From NCBI GenBank assembly GCA_965224085.1, contig CBDCYI010000004.1, forward strand, positions 608,001 to 672,000: a DNA stretch of 64,000 nt, given 5' to 3'. Source of the DNA: Candidatus Marinacidobacterales bacterium (lineage in GTDB: Bacteria > Acidobacteriota > Vicinamibacteria > Marinacidobacterales > SMYC01). The position numbers and the translations under genes are program-made. The notes under the pieces were generated by a model, which was not told the DNA's origin, made no database searches, and saw nothing but the letters and a program-made list of their open reading frames with translations. The first letter of the stretch is position 1. Each line of letters starts with the position of its first letter. Below, one piece after another: positions 20,553-29,971 of this stretch.

Positions 20553-21968
20553 CTAACGCGCAGCCAAAGCGTGTTGTAGTGACCGCGCCACGCGGCTCAA
20601 AGACACCTGGCTCCCGTAACCCACGACCACGAGAGCGACGCCGCCGGCCGCGATGGCGAGGAGCACGCTCAAAACACCTCCTCGCAGATGCGATGCCGCG
20701 ACGGCGGCAAGCGTTGGCGGCAAAGCAGCCAGGATGCTCCTCCAATAACGGAATGCTCGGACGCGCGTGACCATTAATCCGGCAGCCGCCATTGTCACGA
20801 AGTTGCTTGCGGTCGTCGCCCACACGCAGCCGAGCACGCCGAATCGCGGGATCAAAGCAAAATTGAGAACGACGTTGCAGCACGCCGCCACAAAAGCCGT
20901 CGCCGCCGAGATGCGGCTCTCAGACCGCGCCATCGCGAGCGGAGCGAAGCCTAGGACGAGAGGACCGGCCAAAGCCGCGGCCGCGAACATCGGCCACACG
21001 AGCTCGACGGTCGGACCGAACGATACCGGCAAGAGAACCGGGATCGCGATCACGATCGCTCCAGCGACGAGCATGCAGGCCAAGCTGAAGCCCCAGCAAA
21101 GCGCGGGAAGCGTCTCTTCCAGGAAGCGCGACTCGCTGTCGTGCTCATCAGCCGATTCGAGAGAGATCAGAAACGGGAGCACGAGCGAGCCCGCCAAAAC
21201 GGCAAGCTGCAGAAAGCTTCCCATCATCTGATAAGTGATGTTGTAGATTCCGAGAGAGGCCGTCGACAACCAACGCACGATGAAGAAAGCGTCGATGTAG
21301 TTCGTCGACAAATAGCCGAAGGTCGATTGCAGGATGAGCGGGAGCGAGAAGGCCGTCATCGCGGTGACGAGCGGCCACCGAGGGCCCTCGATGGGGAATA
21401 CAAGCTTGCGAACGCGGACGAGCCCAATGAACGCAGAGACACTCAACATCGCGACATAGGACCACGCGACGAGCATGCCCTTCACGCGAGGAAGCTTCGT
21501 CGCCTGCAGCGAGAGCTGCACGTGCAGATTCACAGCCGTTGCCGTGAAATGCGCCAGGACGATACGGCCCGCGCCGGGAATCGCTAGCCAGCTCGTCATC
21601 CGGTCGATCCACCAAGGCGCGCTCGCGTAGCACAGGGAGCCGGAGAGTCCCAAAAACAGCGTGCGCGTCCAGAAGCTCGCTCTCATGTGACCGTCGCGCA
21701 CGAACTCGTCGCAGCCGTAGCGGACGAGCGCGGGTCCCGTCCAGCTCACGACGATTTGGCACAAGAGCATCGAGCCCGCCATCAATGCCGCGAGCTGACC
21801 GTAGCCTTCCGTTCCGAGGCTCCGCGAGAGAACCCCGAGCGTCGTGAGCGACAAGATCGCCGCCGCAACTTGCGCGCCTCCGAGAGCGAGAAAATTCTTG
21901 CCCCCGAAGCGCGCATCCCAGCGGGCGCTTCTCCGGATATCGTCTGGTGATGCGGGCTCGCGGGTCAT
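20553..21968 (-). CDS. Oligosaccharide flippase (Wzx-like) / polysaccharide biosynthesis protein
   Basis: Multi-TM; SRSLGTEGYG, LGIY, NVVLNFALIPRFGVLG. Confidence 0.8.
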   Translation of the reverse strand: MTREPASPDDIRRSARWDARFGGKNFLALGGAQVAAAILSLTTLGVLSRSLGTEGYGQLAALMAGSMLLCQIVVSWTGPALVRYGCDEFVRDGHMRASFWTRTLFLGLSGSLCYASAPWWIDRMTSWLAIPGAGRIVLAHFTATAVNLHVQLSLQATKLPRVKGMLVAWSYVAMLSVSAFIGLVRVRKLVFPIEGPRWPLVTAMTAFSLPLILQSTFGYLSTNYIDAFFIVRWLSTASLGIYNITYQMMGSFLQLAVLAGSLVLPFLISLESADEHDSESRFLEETLPALCWGFSLACMLVAGAIVIAIPVLLPVSFGPTVELVWPMFAAAALAGPLVLGFAPLAMARSESRISAATAFVAACCNVVLNFALIPRFGVLGCVWATTASNFVTMAAAGLMVTRVRAFRYWRSILAALPPTLAAVAASHLRGGVLSVLLAIAAGGVALVVVGYGSQVSLSRVARSLQHALAAR

Positions 21969-21981
21969 GTCGGGCGCACGC

Positions 21982-22788
21982 TCACGAAATAGAAGATACG
22001 AGCACGATGATCGAACCGCGAAACTGAAGCGAGCGTTCGACGTGCCACCCGGATCTCTCGAGCTGCCCCATCAGGATCGAGCGTGTGTATTCGCGAACAT
22101 GATCTCCGTCGGAGTAGTAACGCGTGCCCAAGAGATACGGGACGATGTTGAGCCGGTCGGAGTCGAAGTCGGGCACTTCGATAACGACCTGCCCCGTCAC
22201 TTCGTGAAGAGACTTTAGGAAGGTATCGGAATCATCGATATGCTCGAGAACGTGCACGAGCAGAGTGAGGTCGAAAGTGCGTGCATCGAGCTGCCGCGCA
22301 AGCGTTTTCGACGCGTCGCCGACCAAATATTCGATATTCGATTTCGGCGATTTCGGCGAGAGCTCTCGGGCACGCGCGATATGGCCCTCGTCATAGTCGA
22401 TGCCCGTCACGCTTTTCGAGTAATGGGCTACCGACCGGCACCAGCGGCCCAGGCCGCAGCCCACATCGAGAATGGCTCCATCCTTTGGAGCCCACTCCTC
22501 GAGCAGCTCCTCGGTCAATCCGAGTCGAACGTCGTGAATATCTTCGTTGAACAGCTCCGCCCAGATCTCGAAAGCGAAGCGGTTCATGGGCCACGCCCCA
22601 TCGAGACAGACCCGCATCAAACGGGCGCGGCCCACGAGGGCGCGACTGACGCGGAACAGCCGATAAGCGACAGAAGCCGCGAGCGATCGTTCTTTCTGGC
22701 GAGGAAAGGACAGATCGGACTCTCGCGGAGACAAGTCTCGGATGAGCATGGATATCGGGTTTTCGGAGTACAAACCCATTGTACCCAA
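21982..22788 (-). CDS. Class I SAM-dependent methyltransferase
   Basis: ILDVGCGLG, HVLEHI, IEVP. Confidence 0.85.
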   Translation of the reverse strand: MGTMGLYSENPISMLIRDLSPRESDLSFPRQKERSLAASVAYRLFRVSRALVGRARLMRVCLDGAWPMNRFAFEIWAELFNEDIHDVRLGLTEELLEEWAPKDGAILDVGCGLGRWCRSVAHYSKSVTGIDYDEGHIARARELSPKSPKSNIEYLVGDASKTLARQLDARTFDLTLLVHVLEHIDDSDTFLKSLHEVTGQVVIEVPDFDSDRLNIVPYLLGTRYYSDGDHVREYTRSILMGQLERSGWHVERSLQFRGSIIVLVSSIS

Positions 22789-22838
22789 CGCGGAGACGCA
22801 TTTCGACGCGTCCAGCTCGTTTCCGGACTGGCTAAAGG

Positions 22839-24284
22839 CTAGTTCAGGCGCTCAGCATAGTTCACGCCTACGTAAATGCGCGTGACGTTTCCACTCTCGT
22901 CCAGCGTGAAGCGAACGAGCTCCCCATGAGGTCCGCCTCCAGTAGCCTTCAGCCGAAAGATGTGCTCGTCCACCGGAACGAGGATGCCTTTGCTCGCGGT
23001 CGGATCGTCGCTCATGGGAGAGAGCAGCACGAGCTCCTCGTCCAGAATCATGACGATACGGTCGCCACCACGGGAGCGGTAGGTGCCGCTATAGAGCTTC
23101 CAGCTCGGGTCGGCTTTTTTCGGCGGAGCGTCGCCCATCACCGCTTTCACGATCGCCGGCGCGACCCAATCATAGGCCTTGCGCACATAGCGGTTGGGAT
23201 TGCCGTCACCACCATTCGTGAAGACGACGACGCCAATGTGCTCCTTGGGACTGAGCATCGTATTCGTGCGATAGCCGGGATAGCCGCCGCCATGGCCGAC
23301 GAGGTCCCGCGCGTCGGTATGAGTGATGCTGAAGCCGAGACCCCGGCCCCCCGTCCACGTTTCGTTGAGGAAGTGCACACGCTGCATCTCACGCAGCGTG
23401 CTCGGGCTCAAGACTTCCGTAGCACCTCCGGCGCGAAGCCGCATCTGCCACGCGAGAAATCGCAGCATGTCCTCGACGTTCGACGACAAGCCGGTCGCCG
23501 GATCGAAAGCGCGCGCGTCTACGAAAGGCATGACTTCTCTCGAATGGTCGGGCATCGGGCGGCCATAGCCCGTGGCGAGACGTTTTTTGTGCTCGGCGTT
23601 CGGCACACCGACGCTCGTCGAGTCCATCCGAAGCGGCGCGACGATCTCGCTGTCGACATATTCTTTGTATGAACGACCGGACACGACTTCGACGATCATG
23701 CCCGCGAGAGAGAGGCCGAGATTCGAATACTTGAAGCGATCGGCACGGCGATACGTCGTTTCCTGCTCCGAGACGGTCTCCTTGACTTGCTCGAGTGTTG
23801 GGAACTCGTACTCCGTCCACGCCGGATGGACTGACTCGCGCGGGATGCCGGCGCTATGCGTCAACAAATTCCAGATCGTGATGGGAGGAGACTCTGGATG
23901 CCGGTCCTGAATGTCGAACCAGGGAAGATATTTTACGATGGGGTCGTCGAGGCGCAGCGTGCCCGCGTCTCTCAACTGCAGGACGGCGATCGAGGTGAAC
24001 AGCTTGGAGTGCGACGCAATGCGAAAGATGGAGTCGGTCTTCATCGCGGTGTCCTCCGCGATGTTGGCGTGACCATAAGCTTTCTGCCACACGACTTCCT
24101 CATCGTGAACGATGCCGATCACGAGCCCAGGGAGCCCGTTATACTTCATCTGGGTTTGGATCCAGGCGTCCAGAAGCTCTATTTGCGACGCGACCGCCAC
24201 GTCCTTCGACAAATCAGCGGCGTTCGAAAATCCCGGAGACACCAATACCCAGATACAAACGGCGATTGCCAGCGTTCTCGTCAT
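22839..24284 (-). CDS. Serine hydrolase, beta-lactamase class C/D-peptidase family, exported
   Basis: FRIASHSK (SxxK), LLTHSAG, YSN, HGGG; signal peptide. Confidence 0.9.
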   Translation of the reverse strand: MTRTLAIAVCIWVLVSPGFSNAADLSKDVAVASQIELLDAWIQTQMKYNGLPGLVIGIVHDEEVVWQKAYGHANIAEDTAMKTDSIFRIASHSKLFTSIAVLQLRDAGTLRLDDPIVKYLPWFDIQDRHPESPPITIWNLLTHSAGIPRESVHPAWTEYEFPTLEQVKETVSEQETTYRRADRFKYSNLGLSLAGMIVEVVSGRSYKEYVDSEIVAPLRMDSTSVGVPNAEHKKRLATGYGRPMPDHSREVMPFVDARAFDPATGLSSNVEDMLRFLAWQMRLRAGGATEVLSPSTLREMQRVHFLNETWTGGRGLGFSITHTDARDLVGHGGGYPGYRTNTMLSPKEHIGVVVFTNGGDGNPNRYVRKAYDWVAPAIVKAVMGDAPPKKADPSWKLYSGTYRSRGGDRIVMILDEELVLLSPMSDDPTASKGILVPVDEHIFRLKATGGGPHGELVRFTLDESGNVTRIYVGVNYAERLN

Positions 24285-24378
24285 GTCGACCTCCCGTATG
24301 GCGGCGAGCGTAACACTCTACGTATGCGAGCGCCACGGAGAGCTCATCGGTTTCACCAGGGTGCCTATACTAGCGGCC

Positions 24379-24540
24379 ATGACGTGGTTGATCCGTTTTC
24401 ACCGATGGCTGGGGCTCGCGCTGGGACTTCTCTTCGTCATCTGGTTTGCTTCGGGGATCGTCATGATGTACACGCAGATGCCCGTGCTCACCGAGGCTGA
24501 GCGTCTCGAAGCGCTCATCGACGGCAAGCCAATCATAGTC
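24379..24540 (+). pseudogene. N-terminal scrap of a PepSY-associated TM helix protein
   Basis: FHRWLGLALGLLFVIWFASGIVMMY...LTEAERL, then the sequence breaks off. Confidence 0.65.
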
Positions 24541-24601
24541 GCGACGATAGTCAGCGGTCGCGATAAAGTCAACGACTCCACTTCACTTGGACTTGATGCG
24601 C

Positions 24602-26203
24602 CTACTTCTCCAGCTTTCGAAGACGTGCGACCCGTGGGTCGTTCGGTACGATCTTCAAAAGGGCGTCCATGCACGCGCGGCGCACGCGCTCTTTGGCATC
24701 GTTCTCCGCGGCCTCCAGTAACGCATCCGCCGCGTCCGCCGCGCGCGGTCCGAGGTTTCCCAGCATGATGGCCGCGGTCAATCGCGAGTCCGACATTCTG
24801 TGGGTGCGCAGAACGTCGATCACTTCATCCAGATACTCCTCACCGTGAGGCCCGACGACCTTCAGCATTTTGAGAGCGTAGTTTCGACGCACGGACAGCG
24901 CCGTGGATTTCAAGAACTCTAGCGCACGTTCCATCGCCGGCGCCTCGGCTTCTCCAATCAGTGCGAGCGTTTCGAAGGCCGCGGCCTCGCTGGAATGCGC
25001 CTCGACAAGGGCGACGATCTCCTCGAATGCCGCACGGGCACGTCCCATGGCCCGCAGCCTCTGCCCGCGCTCGTAGGCGAGCCTTTCGTCGCTGTGAACG
25101 ACGAAGATGCGCACGCCAGACTGCTCGGAGCGGACTTCTTGCACACGAGTCTTAGGTGGCTCGGCTTTTTCGCTCACCGTGATGCCACCAGGGCAGTCGA
25201 TCCACTCTCCGCTGGCGCGCTCGATGTAACGATAGACCTCCTCGCGCCGTCGTCTTTGCAGCCCGACGAGATAGCCCTGCTTGCGCGAGCGCACCACCGC
25301 CAGGCTGTCGCTCGTTACCATCCCTCGGTCGCCGACAAAAACCACGCGGTGCAAACCGAATCGTTCGTTGAGATCGTTGAGCACCTGCGGCACCGTTTTC
25401 GCGTCACGCCAGTTGCCGGCGAAAACATGGTGGGCGATCGGCCAACCGTCCACCATCACCAGACCGACAAGCACTTGCCGGTTACGCGGTCTGCGGTCGC
25501 GACTGTAGCCGTGGGCGCCGAGCCCCGGAGGGCCTTGACCTTCGAAGTACGTCGACGTCAGGTCGTAAAACACCATGTCAACCTCAAGCGAAAACAGATC
25601 CCGCAAGCGCAAAAACAGCTCTTTCTCGATCTGTTCTTTGCGGGCATGCAGCTGGTCGAGCGTTCGGTACCATTGCTTGAGTTGGCAAAACTCCACGCGA
25701 ACCCGCGGGGAGCGACTCGCTCGCCGCTCCCCATCATCGCGCCACTGCGGCACCCACCGCCGCCCCTGCCGGTCGCAGACGAAGTCGGTCTCGAGCCAGC
25801 GCGCCAGACCGTGCTCGCTTGACGGAGCACATAGCCGGTTGGCGACCAGCACCAAAGCTCGCTCGCTTAGCGCCACTCCGTCGCGCTTGCCGCGGCCTCC
25901 GAGCCGGTCGAGAATCTGCTCCAGTCCGAGCTCGCGCCACAGCGTCGCCGTCACCACCATCGGACCCCAATCCCACGCGTCTGCCCCCGCGATCTGCTCG
26001 GCTGCTCGCTCGGTGTCGGCCGGTTCACCGGCCCCAAGCAACCGATTGAGGGAGTCGAGATTGGCAACTAGGAGATCCTTGCGCCCCAAGTTGCACACTA
26101 CGCGTTGCTTCGGCTTGCCGTGCTCCCGATACGACTCGACCAGGCGGACATACTCATGTTGAACCCCTTTGCCGCCTGCGGCCCGAACGATGCGGAAGAA
26201 CAT
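24602..26203 (-). CDS. IS1634-family transposase (about 390 aa, C-terminally truncated) fused in frame to a HEAT-repeat segment
   Basis: YVRLVESYR..GKPKQR, FYDLTSTYFEG, VGDRGM; no terminal E-motif; tail RLTAAIMLGNLGP...VRRACMDAL is HEAT-like. Confidence 0.8.
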   Translation of the reverse strand: MFFRIVRAAGGKGVQHEYVRLVESYREHGKPKQRVVCNLGRKDLLVANLDSLNRLLGAGEPADTERAAEQIAGADAWDWGPMVVTATLWRELGLEQILDRLGGRGKRDGVALSERALVLVANRLCAPSSEHGLARWLETDFVCDRQGRRWVPQWRDDGERRASRSPRVRVEFCQLKQWYRTLDQLHARKEQIEKELFLRLRDLFSLEVDMVFYDLTSTYFEGQGPPGLGAHGYSRDRRPRNRQVLVGLVMVDGWPIAHHVFAGNWRDAKTVPQVLNDLNERFGLHRVVFVGDRGMVTSDSLAVVRSRKQGYLVGLQRRRREEVYRYIERASGEWIDCPGGITVSEKAEPPKTRVQEVRSEQSGVRIFVVHSDERLAYERGQRLRAMGRARAAFEEIVALVEAHSSEAAAFETLALIGEAEAPAMERALEFLKSTALSVRRNYALKMLKVVGPHGEEYLDEVIDVLRTHRMSDSRLTAAIMLGNLGPRAADAADALLEAAENDAKERVRRACMDALLKIVPNDPRVARLRKLEK

Positions 26204-26370
26204 AACCTGTCCTCACGCATACTACATATCATTGTCCACGATTACAACGTATTAATGGCGCTCAAAGCACAATATCTGTCTCTACGTTTTGGGCAAATTC
26301 AACCCCCGTTCCTTTGAATTCAGTCACTTACGAGCGTTAGGGTGCCCATAAAGGGTAAACATGGGCTAGC
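25030..26370 (-). mobile_element. Truncated IS1634-family element (left end plus 5' part of transposase)
   Basis: Transposase motifs plus 163-bp non-coding end terminating in CTAGC; left boundary approximate. Confidence 0.8.
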
Positions 26371-26448
26371 TGGAAGTACTGAGCAACCTTTCTCCACAAC
26401 GGCGGGAGCTCGACGCGCTTTGGGCCGCGGGCAAGGGAGAGAGACCGC

Positions 26449-28038
26449 TCAGCTTCGCGCCGGGAACTCCTCACCGAGAAAGCCGGCGGTTCGTAAGCTC
26501 AAGGCCACGAAGGTGAGCGTGCTGTTCAAACAGCCCGAGCTCACGCAGGTCGGTGCGCCGATAATCCAGAGATTCTCGTGATCGTGCGTGCGGCCGGTCG
26601 CATCACACACGCTCTCGCTCGGATCCTCCCCCATGCGGCAGCCGCCCGACGGGTGGTCGAGGTACTCGCCCACGAACGACTCCAGGATCCGACCTCCACC
26701 CTTTTCGACGAGCTTCTCGAAGATTTCCGTGAAGTGCCGCCGCGTAGCGTCACGAAGCGCGCTAGAGGTCTCGTGCTCGACGTGCTCGACCCGGGGCAGC
26801 GGGTCGCCCCATCGGTTGTGCTTTGCCGGTTCGAGAACCACACGACTTTCCTTGGCCGGCAGAACATCATAGTAGCCACGGACCCTTGCACATCCCTTCT
26901 CCGCGCGCAGGCGCCAGTCCGCCATGAGATCGTCTCCGAGAAGAAGTCGCCCGGTGTCATCTCTCAGCCGCGGCTGGCGGCCATACGTGTGCGTGAAGAG
27001 TGCCAGGTCGTGTCGGATGTAGGGACTTCCCGGCGGCGGCTTCATGAAACGCCTCGTGATCATCGAGCTGATGTTGAGGCCCGGATAGATCTGGACGGGG
27101 ACTTCGATGAGAGCCCAGATCGGCCGATGGCCGCACATATAGCGGCCAACCAGGCCCGATGCGTTGGCGACACCGTCCGGAGAACGGGAGCTCGCCGAAA
27201 GCAGCAGCAAGTGCGGCGTCCAGGTATAACCGCCGGCGAGGGCGAAGGTTCGCGCTCGAATCTCCACCGGCTCACCACTCACCCGGTCCACCGCGCGCGC
27301 GCGCTCGACACGACGGCCCCGCTCGTCGAGATCCAGCCGGCGCACGAGGGTGTTGGGCACGAGCTCGATCGCCTGCTCTTCGAGAAGCGACTGGAGAGTG
27401 AAGTCGGGAGAGTACTTCGCTCCGGTAGGACAGATATTGCAGGTGCCGCAACGCGTGCACTGCATGCGTCCGTCATAGGGCCGCGTGTTTCTCGCCGTGG
27501 GAGTGACGCGAAAATCGAGACCCGCCTTGCTCGCCCAATCACGGAGGCCCTTCTGGTTGTAGTCGAGCGGGAACGCCTCCATCGGATAGGGCTCGGAGCG
27601 CGGATCCCACCCCTCGCTCTCGGGACCTTGCGCGCCGGCGACACCGATACGTCGCTCCGCTTCGCAGTAGTAGGGCTCGAGCTCCTCATAGCTCACCGGC
27701 CAATCTCCGCCGACACCATAGAGCGATCGGATACGGAAGTCCTCGCGCGAGTAACGCGGCGCGGTGGCCGCCCAGTGGAGTGCCTGTCCGCCCGCCGCCA
27801 TGGTGCGGGAGATGATGCCCTCGGCGGCCTGGTCCTCGATGAAGTCTCCCGGCCACCAGTTCTCGCCGTAGTCCAAGTAGCGCTGTCGATGTTCGAAGCG
27901 TTTTTCGAGATCGAAGAGCTTGTCGCCTGCCTCGACCACGACGATCGAAAGCTGCCGTTGTTGAGCGAGCTTGGCGGCGAGCATCGTACCGGTGATGCCG
28001 GCCCCGACGATGCACAGATCCGCTTCGTAGCTTCTCAT
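26449..28038 (-). CDS. GMC family FAD oxidoreductase
   Basis: IVGAGITG, CTRCGTCNICP, HPSGGCRMG, HDHENLW. Confidence 0.9.
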   Translation of the reverse strand: MRSYEADLCIVGAGITGTMLAAKLAQQRQLSIVVVEAGDKLFDLEKRFEHRQRYLDYGENWWPGDFIEDQAAEGIISRTMAAGGQALHWAATAPRYSREDFRIRSLYGVGGDWPVSYEELEPYYCEAERRIGVAGAQGPESEGWDPRSEPYPMEAFPLDYNQKGLRDWASKAGLDFRVTPTARNTRPYDGRMQCTRCGTCNICPTGAKYSPDFTLQSLLEEQAIELVPNTLVRRLDLDERGRRVERARAVDRVSGEPVEIRARTFALAGGYTWTPHLLLLSASSRSPDGVANASGLVGRYMCGHRPIWALIEVPVQIYPGLNISSMITRRFMKPPPGSPYIRHDLALFTHTYGRQPRLRDDTGRLLLGDDLMADWRLRAEKGCARVRGYYDVLPAKESRVVLEPAKHNRWGDPLPRVEHVEHETSSALRDATRRHFTEIFEKLVEKGGGRILESFVGEYLDHPSGGCRMGEDPSESVCDATGRTHDHENLWIIGAPTCVSSGCLNSTLTFVALSLRTAGFLGEEFPARS

Positions 28039-28679
28039 GCGTCGTCCAGAGGCGGCGGCTCGTCGACCGCGCGGAAAAGGTCCCGACAGGTCCTCGCGCC
28101 GATCTCACGGCGGTAGCAGCGGTCGTTGGCGTCCGTGCTCCGAAAATAATGCGTCACGAGCGCGACGGCGACATGGGAGTCGCCGGGACGCGCGGCGAGT
28201 TCCGATGTCCCGGGGTGTCGCGCCCCGATGGCGGCCTCGATGAGCGTGCGCTTTTGTCGCGCGTCCAGCGAACCGAAGGAGGCGCCGAACTCCGCCTCCG
28301 CTCGGCTCGTCAGCTCCGTCAGGTCGCCTTGATACCCGCGCGCGGGATTCTCGGGTGCTCTTCGAATCTCCGTGAAGCCGTAGCCGTGGTCGAGCACGGC
28401 GCCGGCTCGATAGCCGCGAAGCCAACCGAGGAATGCGTCTACCGCGCACGCTCTCGCTGCATCGTCGAGCTCGCTCGGAAGCACCGTACGGGCGACGGCA
28501 TGAAGTAACTCCTCATTCAAGCCATCGGATTCGAGCGGAGCGCTCCGCGCTCTCTTCGTCCATCGCGGGAAGAGCCCCGAGAGCATCGAGCCGAGCCACA
28601 CAAAGACGGCCCGCAAGAAACTACGGCGGGACTTCCCGTTGACTGCCGCAGCCACTCCCACGGATGCGGGGCGGCTCAT
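28035..28679 (-). CDS. Gluconate-2-dehydrogenase subunit 3-like Tat protein (GMC partner)
   Basis: SRRSFL Tat motif; FGASFGSLD; coupled to the GMC gene. Confidence 0.6.
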   Translation of the reverse strand: MSRPASVGVAAAVNGKSRRSFLRAVFVWLGSMLSGLFPRWTKRARSAPLESDGLNEELLHAVARTVLPSELDDAARACAVDAFLGWLRGYRAGAVLDHGYGFTEIRRAPENPARGYQGDLTELTSRAEAEFGASFGSLDARQKRTLIEAAIGARHPGTSELAARPGDSHVAVALVTHYFRSTDANDRCYRREIGARTCRDLFRAVDEPPPLDDA

Positions 28680-28739
28680 GTTTCCTCACCGAACACGTGC
28701 GTCGCTCCTGTCGATGCGAGGGAGAGTATAACGCACGAT

Positions 28740-29059
28740 CCGAAGTGGTGATGAACCGCTCGCGTCAGACGAGGTCCGAAAGGCTCCACTCTCAGGGAGG
28801 CCCGGCTCCGAAGTCGAGCGCCTTGGCGACTTCGCGCGCATCGCCGGGCGCTACACGCACCAGGCTCGGGAGCCTCACCGAATCGGCGGCGCGCACCAGG
28901 GGCTCGCACTGGTCGAGGCCATAGGAGCTGTGCTCGGAGTCGAGGATGACGAAATCGAAGCCGGCGTGCCCGAATGATCTCGACCTGCGAGGCGTTGGGT
29001 CCGTTGAGCCAGGTTCCGACGAGTGTCTCGCCTTCGTGAAAGCGCGTTTTGAGAGCCAC
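28740..29059 (-). pseudogene. HpcH/HpaI aldolase 5' fragment
   Basis: LVGTWLN....VEII..AGFDFVILDSEHSS, KALDFGAG across a frameshift; truncated. Confidence 0.7.
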
Positions 29060-29097
29060 CGTTTCTCCTCCGGCTTCGGTCGACTATAACCCGGGCG

Positions 29098-29881
29098 TCA
29101 AGCCACGTCGCTCAGACCTTTCCAGATCAAGCTGGCGGCGGCGAGGAGCAGAACCGCTTGAAAGATTTGATAGAAGCGCTCGGTCGGAAGGCGGCGAAAG
29201 AACCAAGTCCCGGCGAGGCCCCCCAAAAGAACCACCGGAAACAGTATTGCCGCCTCAGCCACCGTCTGGCGGGTGATGTAGCCGCTCGCGACCAGAAGTA
29301 CCGTCCGCCACCCAACGATAAGAGCGCTCAGAAGCAGCGTCGTGCCGCGGAAAGTGCGGGCATCGGGACAGACGTTGCGCAGGTACGTAGCGATAAAGAA
29401 GATACCTCCGGCTCCGCTGACCCCGCTCACGAGCCCGGCCGTCGCCGCCAGAGGCACCAGCCAAACGGTCCGGGACATGTCGACGCGCTCCGAAAGCAAA
29501 GCGAGCAGCTGTGACTGTTCCGCAAAGGCGACCAGACCGAGGGCCGTTCCCAGAACCAAGGTCAGCCAGGTAGCATCGAGTCTTCCAAAGATCCAGATAC
29601 CGACCGCCGCTCCGATGTAGTTGGCGACGAACGCGCCGCGCGATCCTCCAGTCGCCGTCTCGTATGCCCTGATGCAGGAACTGGATCTGGGAAAACGCAT
29701 TGGTGGTAAGCCCCAGAAGCACCGCACGGTGAGGCCCCAGGAAAAAAGTACCGAAAAGGATCACCGGCGACAGCGCACCGAGCCCGACCGCACCTTTGAC
29801 GAAGAACGACAGGAAATAGGTCAGGATCAGCAGCAGAATGCCGGTGGACGAAACGTCGGAAAAGGTAGGAAGGCCGAACAA
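29098..29881 (-). CDS. Sulfite exporter TauE/SafE (TSUP) family, frameshift near 29640
   Basis: VKGAVGLG, AGLVSGVSGAGG, FRGT; multi-TM. Confidence 0.75.
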
Positions 29882-29971
29882 ACGAGAACTCGAGAACTCT
29901 CAGCCGCAACTCTATGTGCGACGGTTCGCAACAGAGCATACAGGAACAATACAGGTTTGCCGCAAACAACC

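Noticed and set aside
22839-24284. Beta-lactamase as a mobilised resistance gene
   Set aside because: The SxxK/YSN/HGGG serine hydrolase with a C-terminal extension fits the broad esterase/peptidase group; resistance cannot be inferred from sequence.
26578-28116. Long antisense and alternate-frame ORFs (also 182-1030, 30522-31838, 45143-46612)
   Set aside because: Shadow ORFs expected in high-GC coding DNA opposite well-supported genes; no motifs.
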